DNA of 64,000 nt from a virus (taxonomy: Duplodnaviria; Caudoviricetes): the IMG/VR virus record IMGVR_UViG_3300010352_001543; one strand, 5' to 3'. The stretch's first letter is position 1; each line of letters opens with the position of its first letter. The position numbers were made by a program, and so were the translations under genes. Below, piece by piece: positions 47,731 to 56,386 of this stretch. The notes beneath the pieces are model-generated. The model made no database searches. It worked only from the letters and a program-made list of their open reading frames with translations, and was not told where the DNA came from.

Positions 47731-49086
47731 TTATCCTATTATATCCTCCGCTACAATACACTTATCATCAACTTCCGCACTATCCGATAAGGTACCTTTT
47801 CTAATAACGCAATTTTTAAAGGTTCCTGTTATTTCATAGTCGTTCTTGTTAAGTATATAACAATCTTCAAATTCATTATCCTGTTCGTAAATACTATCCA
47901 TTATTTTCATAGTTTTGCAAGTATTGTTTTGAACAAAATGAACATTCTCTAAAATTGATTCATTTATTTCACAATTCCAGAATCTGATGTTTTTGCCGGT
48001 ACCCTGGAACTTACAATCTATCAATTCCAAGCTATTCAAATTTACAGCATTCTTGATATCAGCATCTTTGATTTGGAATTTAGAGGTATCGGTGTCGTAG
48101 TTTATATGTCCTTCGGTGACCTTACAATTAGCTATCAAATTCCATATAATAATACTAATCTGACTCAGATATGTTTTAAGTACCATTAAATCAGATTTCA
48201 AATCAACCGAAAGTATTAAATTAGGGTAGACATTTTTGAAATTTTCTATTCTATTGATACTCGATAATAAAAACTTATTATCATCTATCATTTTCTTTAG
48301 AATTTTTTCTTGTTTTTTAGTTATTAGAGGTTCCTTCAAAGTGTCATACATTGAAAAAGCGAAATCTTCAATTAGTTCACTTACTTCTTTATATTTTTGT
48401 TCATAATCCTCTCCACCCAAATATCTAAATTCCATATAATTATTTGGAATTTTAGTAAAATTAACACCAAAATACTTGTCATACGGAGGAGCAATAAGTT
48501 TAGCGGTTAATGGGATGTCTGCTTTGAATGACAAATACGGAGTAGTGAAAAAGTATTGTTTTATGGAACTAGCGTACACGTTGTTTTTTCTATTAGGAAA
48601 GTATTTCCAAATCTTCTCTTCATCGAAATCCATAGCAAATTTCAGAAGGTTAAGATGTTGAATATTTAATTCTTTATGTTTCTCTAAACTAACATTAATA
48701 TGTAATCCACATAACTCAGTAGTTGAGCCATAATATCCAATGAAATCAAATATTTTTTTTAGAATTATTAACGATTCATGGTAGTCCATCGGTCCGGTCA
48801 CTAATTCATACATTTCGTCACCTCCACTAAAGTCCATCTCTAATTTAAAAACTTTATCGGAGAGTGATACTTTTGAATCATCAGAAGCATTTGATTTTAA
48901 TTTTTTAGTTATTTTATTTCCTTTCCGTGTTATATCCCATTCTAACTTTATTTCTTTTCCTTTCAAACTTTTTGTTAAAAGTTTTTGTAATTCGGTGGGT
49001 TTGAATTTGGAATAAAATTCAAATTCAAACCCTACCATAAAAGGATCAAGAATGGTGTATTTCTCTGTATATTTTCGTTTAACCAT
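47731..49086 (-). CDS. putative amidoligase (COOH-NH2 ligase) with a C-terminal beta-helix-like repeat region
   Basis: GFEFE, ELVTGP, CGLHIN, KYFGVN, EFRYLGG. Confidence 0.8.
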   Translation of the reverse strand: MVKRKYTEKYTILDPFMVGFEFEFYSKFKPTELQKLLTKSLKGKEIKLEWDITRKGNKITKKLKSNASDDSKVSLSDKVFKLEMDFSGGDEMYELVTGPMDYHESLIILKKIFDFIGYYGSTTELCGLHINVSLEKHKELNIQHLNLLKFAMDFDEEKIWKYFPNRKNNVYASSIKQYFFTTPYLSFKADIPLTAKLIAPPYDKYFGVNFTKIPNNYMEFRYLGGEDYEQKYKEVSELIEDFAFSMYDTLKEPLITKKQEKILKKMIDDNKFLLSSINRIENFKNVYPNLILSVDLKSDLMVLKTYLSQISIIIWNLIANCKVTEGHINYDTDTSKFQIKDADIKNAVNLNSLELIDCKFQGTGKNIRFWNCEINESILENVHFVQNNTCKTMKIMDSIYEQDNEFEDCYILNKNDYEITGTFKNCVIRKGTLSDSAEVDDKCIVAEDIIG

Positions 49087-49103
49087 AATTGAGTTTATTT
49101 TTC

Positions 49104-50264
49104 TTAAACTGGAATCAACCTTGTATTTTCTTTTTCAGTGTCTACAAAATCAATTTTTACATTAATCAAGTCATTTAAATTAAGGGATAGTCTGTTAGAA
49201 TATGACCGGAAAATTAATCCTGTCACGTCCGTTCTTTCATCCAAATTAAGTCTTACAAAAACTCCTAATTCTGGTCTAATCGAAACCACGGTACCTTCAA
49301 CTATCTGTCCTTCGTATTTTTCTTTAATTTTAGGATAAGTGAAAGTTATTATATTTTCAGGTATAGTGGTTAAAATTATTGAATTTTTAGCCGTTACCTC
49401 TTTTATAAGTACTTCCATTTCCATCCCTGGTTGATATAATCTTTCTTTGAAATCATATAGCACATCCGGATTCATTTCTGAAGTATGTAGCAGTCCGGTA
49501 AAGATGTCATCAAATTCAATAAATATACCAAACTTGGTTGTACCTGTTATGATCCCTATTTTTGAATCACCTAGTTCTAACTCACCCAAACGCTTAGGTA
49601 ACTCATATTTTAAGAACTTTTTATTGGACACTACTATTTCATCAAGATTAGCAATATAATCTTCTATCATAACATTAATTCTTTTTCCAATTAAAGAATC
49701 AAAATTAATAATTTTATTAGCTGATGCCAATGAACCAGGTAAGAATGCTTCTATACCATTAATTTCTACCAAGTAGCCACCTTTATTTCTCGCAATCACA
49801 TCAGCCAAATATGATTTAGAGTTTAGTGATTTCTGTTCAAATAATTCTTCTTTCAAACGCTCGTGATATCCATTATATAACGAGAATGTTACCTCGTCAT
49901 TTGTTTTTTTAATTTGTACTGTTGGTTTATCATCTATCCAATCATAATAACCTTGTGTTTCTACCCATTGTTCCAATTCATCTGAATTGACATTCAATAC
50001 TCGTTGAAAGAATTTTCTTTCTTTATCGATAGATTTAGTTAAAATTAAACCGGTGTCAGTCAGTACTGAAAACTTGTCGTCGTTTATTCTCAATTCAGAA
50101 ATTTCCAGGAAACTGCCATCAAAAATATCTTTTTGGATGACTCCGTATTTGTCCCAATCATTCATTTTTTGTGTTGATTCTAAATCAAACTTATATGAAT
50201 TAGTTTGAAATTTCTCTAATAATTTTTGCACGTCATCTTTTAACGTTTCGATTGATTTTTGCAT
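49104..50264 (-). CDS. ribosomal protein bS1-like protein (three S1 domains)
   Basis: NKGGYLVEINGIEAFLPGS; GIITGTTKFGIFIEF...GLLHTSE; GQIVEGTVVSI...GVFV. Confidence 0.85.
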   Translation of the reverse strand: MQKSIETLKDDVQKLLEKFQTNSYKFDLESTQKMNDWDKYGVIQKDIFDGSFLEISELRINDDKFSVLTDTGLILTKSIDKERKFFQRVLNVNSDELEQWVETQGYYDWIDDKPTVQIKKTNDEVTFSLYNGYHERLKEELFEQKSLNSKSYLADVIARNKGGYLVEINGIEAFLPGSLASANKIINFDSLIGKRINVMIEDYIANLDEIVVSNKKFLKYELPKRLGELELGDSKIGIITGTTKFGIFIEFDDIFTGLLHTSEMNPDVLYDFKERLYQPGMEMEVLIKEVTAKNSIILTTIPENIITFTYPKIKEKYEGQIVEGTVVSIRPELGVFVRLNLDERTDVTGLIFRSYSNRLSLNLNDLINVKIDFVDTEKENTRLIPV

Positions 50265-50340
50265 TTATATTTTTACATAAAATAAAACAAATTGTTGATG
50301 ATACTTTATCATCGTTCTTCATATAGTATATATTACTAAA

Positions 50341-50370
50341 AAAGATCAGGAGGTGGAAATCCTGATCTTT
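50341..50370 (-). terminator. intrinsic terminator
   Basis: Stem aaagatcagga/tcctgatcttt. Confidence 0.7.
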
Positions 50371-50373
50371 TAT

Positions 50374-50658
50374 TTATTTTTTAGGCGTCTTGTATTTCGC
50401 CTGGTCAGATTTCATTTTTCGTTCTTGTTGGTCACTTTGTCTTTTTTCTTCCGCCGCCCGTTTAGCTTCTGCTTCGTTCTGACGTTTTATCTCTTCATTA
50501 TAATTCTCTATTAAATATTCCACCCTAAAAAATTCCATATCGTCAATAATGTTCGGAGTTATATGCATTTTATAAGCAAAAACAAATTCATTTTCTAATA
50601 GTTGCTTATAACTGACTTGGAACTGACTAAAAAGACTTTCATATATTTGATTTAGCAT
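50374..50658 (-). CDS. baseplate hub assembly protein (gp51-like); probable start at the ATG at 50658
   Basis: F.FAYKMHIT...IDDMEFFRVEYLIE..NEEIKRQNE pattern; follows the gp26-like gene. Confidence 0.55.
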   Translation of the reverse strand: MLNQIYESLFSQFQVSYKQLLENEFVFAYKMHITPNIIDDMEFFRVEYLIENYNEEIKRQNEAEAKRAAEEKRQSDQQERKMKSDQAKYKTPKK

Positions 50659-50698
50659 ATTGACTTTACCTTTATGATAGTCAATATAGTCGTACCAT

Positions 50699-51655
50699 CT
50701 ATAAGAATTTACTAAAGATATCTGTTGTATGGACAATGAATAGTCCTTTAATTCCATTCGGAAAGGAAACGTTTTGTTTGTTAACCTCACCACAAGAAGC
50801 GCATTTATAAATAACGTTCGGGTCTACAGATTTTCTTAACACATCAATTACGGTTGTTACAATAGACATTTCATCCGAATTCCATTTAAGGGTGGACATT
50901 GCTTTTTGTTGAAATGCTAATTTGTCAGTTTCTAATAATTTATATGTTCTGAATAGATATGGAGCTATATTTAAAAAGTCAGTATCTATCCATTTATTTT
51001 GTTTACCGTGGTTGGTTATATAAGTAGCGACATATTCAGCAATACCTATTGTTGGAAGATATAAACTAAATTCGAATCCATTAGCCATCTTAAATTTGAA
51101 AGCGCCTTCTTCAGCGTTATAAAACCTTTCGAGTTCTTTGTCTATAGAGAATTGCATAAAATTATCACTATTGATATTTATGTCCGCTTCTTCACCACAG
51201 AAATTACATTGTAAACGAGTAATTAGATGTGGAGATTCCTTAAAAGTTATCCCACGGATTGCATACAAGACAGCAAATTTATCAATCTCTTCAATGTCCT
51301 TGTAGCTATGTGAAGGCATGGTACAACGAGTATTATTCTTAATAATGAAATGAATTTTTTCTTGTATGTCAAGTGGATCATTTTCATCAACACTAGAGAA
51401 GTGTCGAACTTCTTTTGAAGTTGCTGGTTTTATTTGTAGCTCAAAATTTTCAGGGTAGTATTTACCTCTGCTAGGTAATGTGTCAAGTGGTAAAACTTTC
51501 CATCCGACTTCTGGCATTTGTAATTTTGGTCTATCTTTATTTGGGTCAGCTGACCAATTTTTAGCGGCTGACAATTCCTGTTCTTTTTTCTGTAAAGCAT
51601 CCTTTGCTTCTGATTCCGTTACTTCCGACGGAGGAGTAGAAAAAATATCTGGCAT
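50699..51655 (-). CDS. baseplate hub / tail assembly chaperone (gp26-like)
   Basis: LPSRGKYY, D...VLYAIR, two CxxCG motifs, terminal LF. Confidence 0.7.
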   Translation of the reverse strand: MPDIFSTPPSEVTESEAKDALQKKEQELSAAKNWSADPNKDRPKLQMPEVGWKVLPLDTLPSRGKYYPENFELQIKPATSKEVRHFSSVDENDPLDIQEKIHFIIKNNTRCTMPSHSYKDIEEIDKFAVLYAIRGITFKESPHLITRLQCNFCGEEADININSDNFMQFSIDKELERFYNAEEGAFKFKMANGFEFSLYLPTIGIAEYVATYITNHGKQNKWIDTDFLNIAPYLFRTYKLLETDKLAFQQKAMSTLKWNSDEMSIVTTVIDVLRKSVDPNVIYKCASCGEVNKQNVSFPNGIKGLFIVHTTDIFSKFL

Positions 51656-51712
51656 TATTTTTATCCTTTATATTTTAAAAATTTTCGTTACTATATATAT
51701 TTATGTTTATAT

Positions 51713-52471
51713 TTACTTATTTTTCACTGATTCTAAGTATTTGACTATTTTCAGTTTTGTCTCCGGTGGAAAATCTGTCGTTAGTACCCATTTGACATAA
51801 CCTAAATCTTCATCTATTGGCTTATCTTTGTTCTTTCCAAAATTCCAGCAGGGTACCTGATTATCATTAACATAAACTTTCCCAGCAAGGTCAAATATTT
51901 TTGTTTTATCAATTTTCAAGAAAGTATAAACATTTTTAACTATGTCATCATCTTCTTTAGGAATCAATTCCATTTGTTTTTCAAGAATTTTAATATTCGC
52001 TTTAACATCAGAAAGTGCATCATGAGCATCTACTAATTCCAAACCGGTATATTTCTTGTAAACATTTTCAAGTGTTTTCGATGTGAGCGCTATCTCCATT
52101 TGGTAGGAGTCTATGACATTTATGTCATCTAAATCCCAAACATAACCGTAACGATAAAATTCATTAAAAAGAAGCGCTATATCGTAGCCCAAAACATTAT
52201 ATCCGCCAATGTCACATCCCTTCATAAATTCAAATATCTGCTCAACTACTTCTTCAAAAAGTGGTTTGTCTTTTAACATTTCTAATGTCATTCCTGTTTT
52301 TTCAAAGGCATGATCAGAGATAGGATGGTCCGGATTTATTTGAAGATTTAATTTTCTTTTAGTACCATCCGTATTGAATTTTATGGCCGCAAACTGCATA
52401 ATTCGATCATTAGATGTATCCAATCCGGTTGATTCCAAATCGAAGAAAATTATTGGTTTCATTATTTTCAT
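51713..52471 (-). CDS. DnaQ-like DEDDh 3'-5' exonuclease
   Basis: FFDLESTG, GYN...YD, AHDALSDV; C-terminal NFGK.K domain. Confidence 0.9.
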   Translation of the reverse strand: MKIMKPIIFFDLESTGLDTSNDRIMQFAAIKFNTDGTKRKLNLQINPDHPISDHAFEKTGMTLEMLKDKPLFEEVVEQIFEFMKGCDIGGYNVLGYDIALLFNEFYRYGYVWDLDDINVIDSYQMEIALTSKTLENVYKKYTGLELVDAHDALSDVKANIKILEKQMELIPKEDDDIVKNVYTFLKIDKTKIFDLAGKVYVNDNQVPCWNFGKNKDKPIDEDLGYVKWVLTTDFPPETKLKIVKYLESVKNK

Positions 52472-52510
52472 TTTTATACTACATATTTATAAGTAAAACT
52501 ATTTTATTAT

Positions 52511-52538
52511 TTTTACTGATAAACTACTCTTTTTTAAA
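52511..52538 (-). promoter_or_regulatory. TTTAAAAA-N14-GTAAAA promoter-like motif
   Basis: Exact match; lies just downstream of the sheath terminator. Confidence 0.7.
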
Positions 52539-52544
52539 CAAAAG

Positions 52545-52570
52545 AAGGAGGGATTTTTGTATCCCTCCTT
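52545..52570 (-). terminator. intrinsic terminator after the tail sheath gene
   Basis: Stem aaggagggat/atccctcctt followed by a T-run. Confidence 0.75.
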
Positions 52571-52611
52571 TGATAGTTAATAAAATAGTTAATTATTTTG
52601 TAAGTTGTTGG

Positions 52612-55600
52612 TTAGAAAGAAAATCCCTCAGCTTTTACTCCATCGGATCGAGTTACGGTTATTCTATTGACTATTTTTTCTAGTCCCATTGTTGGTGAAA
52701 TTGACACATCAATGATTCCAACACGATCTGCAATTGTTTCAGTAGTGTTATTTGACTCATCCATTGTTACTTCATAGTTGTAAATACCGCCTGCTGTTCT
52801 AACGCCTTCTAAATATTTTTCTACTCTTGTTTTGATTTCAAGTCTGATAGTGTCTTCATTAAAGTCAAATAAGTATGATTGTAAAATATCTTCAATTGCT
52901 TCTTCAACTGTTATTAACAAATCTCTAACATGTAAATTATTAAACGCTGATTTTGTTTTTTGATATGCTAAGTTGTTTCCGTATATCACACATCCTTTAT
53001 TTTTCTTGTAAATAATAGGATTCAAGCCAAAAGGTTGTAAATATTCTCTATCTTCTAACAAAAAGTCATATTCAAGTCCTACTAATTTAGGATCAGAAAT
53101 AATACCTCTTTTTGTTCCAGCTACTAAATGGAATGGTGTTCCATTTATAAATTTCTGAACAAAGTTGTTTGAAACATGAGCGGCCGGTGGAACACTTATA
53201 TTCTTACCTTTTTCTCTTAAAACTAAGTTAGGAGTGAAGTAACCGGCAAATTTGCTACCGTTAGCTTCATCAGGTAAAGTGAATGTAAAAGCAGGACCTA
53301 ATGAAAGATTTCCACCGTCAGGAATGTAACGAGAATTGAATATTGGTTTAGGATCTTCAAGTGTAGGTTCCTCTGTGAATCTAGGATCAACCGAATTTAT
53401 AAATTCTTGAATCGCAGGAGCATTCATTATCGCTAAACATTTCTGGCGTTTCATAGCAAGCTGTGTCAAATATGTTTTAGGATATGTGTTTGGATTAATA
53501 GAACCATCAAAAGAGTCTATCAAATATCTAAATTGTATTTTATCTCTGTCTTTTAAAATTTTGGTTAAGTTTGAATTTGCTTCATCCAGTACACCGAGAA
53601 TTTTAACAAGTTGAGCTAATTTATTTTTCTTAGAAGGCATATGCCATTCAGTCATTTTGAAACCTTCTAAATGGAATAATTTATAGTCGTCGATATAATC
53701 TTCAATGTCTTTGATTCTAGTAGCAATGCTATTAGCATCTAAATAAATTGGAAGTAATGTCTTATAAACAAAAACGTTGTCATTTAAACCGGAGTCATAA
53801 CGTTTAATTTTTGAAATTACTTTTGTTAATCTGAAATCTTTGACTCCATTACGGTCAACTTTATAACCAACCATATAATCACCGACTTCGATTAAATCTT
53901 TGTTCATTCTTGTTATAGCAAATTCAGTTCTTAATGCATTCAAACTTGAGTTAATAATAGGAACTTGTTTTTTAGCATCCCCGAAATCAGTAAATATTTC
54001 AAATGATGTATTACTGTCTATTTGGTTAACAATGTATGTGTCCCATTGAATATCTGAAAATGTATCAGCATCGTCATCAATAACAGCAAATTTTCCGGAA
54101 ACTAAATTACCATAAGCGTCATATGCTTGAGTATATGAATCCCAAAGTTTCACTTGTAAAAGAACTGCACCAGAATCAGGATCCATAACTTGATCAAACT
54201 CTAAGTATTTGGATTTGATATTACCTTCTCCTAATTTAACCTTCAATAAATCACCATCTTGAATAATACCCAAGTCCCAGAAATTATATAATCTCGAACC
54301 AGTATCGGAACGGATAGCACTTATAGTTGGTAGTTGTTCTTCGTTTTGTCCTGGTGTATATAAATAAACTCTGTCCGGTTTTGCGAAGAATTCAATATCG
54401 TTACTCATATCTTCAACTGTTCCAGGTAGATTTAATCTATTTACTAACCAAGTTGAAGTTCCTTTATATGGATAAGCGTAAATTTTCAAAGCTTGGGCAA
54501 AATCATCACCTGTTTCGATTTTATCTTGCTCAACTGAATTAGAGTTCAACATTGTTGAAATTGAAGAAACTAATTTATTATAATTATTATCTTTTTTAAC
54601 ATACAAATTAATTGAAGTACCATTAACTATGTCAGCAACTCCACCGAGTGTTTCACCATTATAGTCTACAAATGATAAGTAATAAAATTCACCATCCACC
54701 GGATTTTTGATTAATACATTATCTGTTGGAACATAATTGTCATATTCTGCTCTATCTGATTCAGAAACACTTGTTGCATCAACTTTGATTCTTGCATAGT
54801 CGGTAGAACCAGTATCGTCTTGAATCGCTTGAATTGCAAATTTTATTTGGTTATTATTAACATCCTTTAAAATGTCATTTGATTTATGTTTATTGGAGAA
54901 AACAATTTTCAAAACCATTCCAAAGTTTTCTTCCACTTCATATACACGTTTCACTAAACCGTAATGGTATGCTGTAGGGAAACCATTTTCTGAATATTCT
55001 TCAACTGCGTATTTGATAAGAGATTTTTCAGGAACTAATAAATTTTTCAATTTATAGTACTCAATTAAATCTAAACTATCTTGATACTCGGTTGCTGGTT
55101 TCTTGACTACTATGGTGTTATAATAGTATCCGTATTCTCCACCTAAATGTTGAGATTCCCAATACCATTTATCTGATCCACCTAAATTATAGGAAACTGA
55201 ATCAAAAGTATCTTGTGTCATAGAAGCTGCAAAATCGAAAACATAAGAAGTATCTATACCGGTACGGTATGAAATAAAATCCATAATTTCCGGATTTGTT
55301 CTTCCGTTAACATCATCAAACTCAGCTCCTTTTGCAATGTTATGACCGATAAGGTCAATCGCTGAATAATTATCAGAATCAGACTCGTTATTAAACGCAG
55401 TGTACTCATCAAGTGCATTTCTATCAATTGCTATAAACAAACCGGTAGAAGCGAATTTTTGATTCATTAAAGTATCAATTGAATAATTGACCTCGCGTTT
55501 ATCAACAAAATCAGGAATGATTGTACCGATTGTTTCTGCTATAGTTGTTACTTCAGGAGCAGATAAGAATTCTCTCATCTTTCCTTTTTTCAAACCTTCT

Positions 55601-56313
55601 CTTGTAAAATATTCAGAGAAGATAGGATCTTCCGAAAGGCGTTTATAATCTGTCCAATCGCCTTCTACTGCTAATACTTGTATAAAGTAATCTGATAAAT
55701 AATCATCATCATAAATATACGGTGGTACATTACCTATTCCATACCATTCAACTGCAGTGACGTTAAATTCTTTAGGTCTTGCTTTTCTTATCAAAACAGA
55801 AACTGGTTTCTGCCCAAGATTAACTACATTTAATAGTTTTCCGGAATTTACTGAGCCAGGAGAATTAACATTTGCTAAAAAATATTCTTGGTCAGGGAAC
55901 CAAAATCTTTCTTTGTTAAAGAACGAAGAATATAGTTTATAAATTTTATTTCCATTTATTTCGGTAGTCGATAATGAAAATGATTGATAAGGAACCTTAT
56001 CACCTAAATCACTATGGTTATTTAATGGTAAGAGATTCAAAGCATATACTGGTCCTACTGTCAATGCGGTATAAATCATTCTATGGAAAAATGAGCCTTG
56101 CTTTTCTAAGTAAGTATCAATGTCTCCAAAAACTGTCTTAGCAGTTTTCGCATCAGGTAGATAAACAGGAGCATTGAAAATGCCTTTACGGCTGAATCCA
56201 ATAATAAGCCTTATGGTCTGTGTGTTTATAATGATCTGTTCAGAAGCATCATACTCCAATGTATATACACCGGACGCTTTAAATTGATCAAGATTAAGTG
56301 CTATTTTTGCCAT
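52612..56313 (-). CDS. contractile tail sheath protein (gp18-like), 1233 aa
   Basis: SGVYTLEYD, GFSRKG..N.P; C-terminal VAGTKRG, LNPI, VRDLL, DESNNT. Confidence 0.9.
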   Translation of the reverse strand: MAKIALNLDQFKASGVYTLEYDASEQIIINTQTIRLIIGFSRKGIFNAPVYLPDAKTAKTVFGDIDTYLEKQGSFFHRMIYTALTVGPVYALNLLPLNNHSDLGDKVPYQSFSLSTTEINGNKIYKLYSSFFNKERFWFPDQEYFLANVNSPGSVNSGKLLNVVNLGQKPVSVLIRKARPKEFNVTAVEWYGIGNVPPYIYDDDYLSDYFIQVLAVEGDWTDYKRLSEDPIFSEYFTREGLKKGKMREFLSAPEVTTIAETIGTIIPDFVDKREVNYSIDTLMNQKFASTGLFIAIDRNALDEYTAFNNESDSDNYSAIDLIGHNIAKGAEFDDVNGRTNPEIMDFISYRTGIDTSYVFDFAASMTQDTFDSVSYNLGGSDKWYWESQHLGGEYGYYYNTIVVKKPATEYQDSLDLIEYYKLKNLLVPEKSLIKYAVEEYSENGFPTAYHYGLVKRVYEVEENFGMVLKIVFSNKHKSNDILKDVNNNQIKFAIQAIQDDTGSTDYARIKVDATSVSESDRAEYDNYVPTDNVLIKNPVDGEFYYLSFVDYNGETLGGVADIVNGTSINLYVKKDNNYNKLVSSISTMLNSNSVEQDKIETGDDFAQALKIYAYPYKGTSTWLVNRLNLPGTVEDMSNDIEFFAKPDRVYLYTPGQNEEQLPTISAIRSDTGSRLYNFWDLGIIQDGDLLKVKLGEGNIKSKYLEFDQVMDPDSGAVLLQVKLWDSYTQAYDAYGNLVSGKFAVIDDDADTFSDIQWDTYIVNQIDSNTSFEIFTDFGDAKKQVPIINSSLNALRTEFAITRMNKDLIEVGDYMVGYKVDRNGVKDFRLTKVISKIKRYDSGLNDNVFVYKTLLPIYLDANSIATRIKDIEDYIDDYKLFHLEGFKMTEWHMPSKKNKLAQLVKILGVLDEANSNLTKILKDRDKIQFRYLIDSFDGSINPNTYPKTYLTQLAMKRQKCLAIMNAPAIQEFINSVDPRFTEEPTLEDPKPIFNSRYIPDGGNLSLGPAFTFTLPDEANGSKFAGYFTPNLVLREKGKNISVPPAAHVSNNFVQKFINGTPFHLVAGTKRGIISDPKLVGLEYDFLLEDREYLQPFGLNPIIYKKNKGCVIYGNNLAYQKTKSAFNNLHVRDLLITVEEAIEDILQSYLFDFNEDTIRLEIKTRVEKYLEGVRTAGGIYNYEVTMDESNNTTETIADRVGIIDVSISPTMGLEKIVNRITVTRSDGVKAEGFSF

Positions 56314-56353
56314 TTGTCTTAAATTTATTTTATTTCAAAATTTGTTTTATAAT

Positions 56354-56362
56354 GTATATATT
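56354..56362 (-). promoter_or_regulatory. late-promoter-like AATATATAC upstream of the sheath gene
   Basis: Same 9-mer upstream of genes at 4561, 14354, 35294 and 50326. Confidence 0.6.
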
Positions 56363-56386
56363 ACTTTAGAATTCTACAGAAAATAA

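Noticed and set aside
50374-50793. Programmed frameshift fusing the gp26-like and gp51-like ORFs (95-bp overlap in the ORF track)
   Set aside because: An ATG at 50658 removes the overlap and no clear slippery heptamer was found; not fully excluded
51713-52471. Exonuclease as the missing N-terminal half of the split polB
   Set aside because: It is a stand-alone DEDDh epsilon-like protein lacking polB motif A
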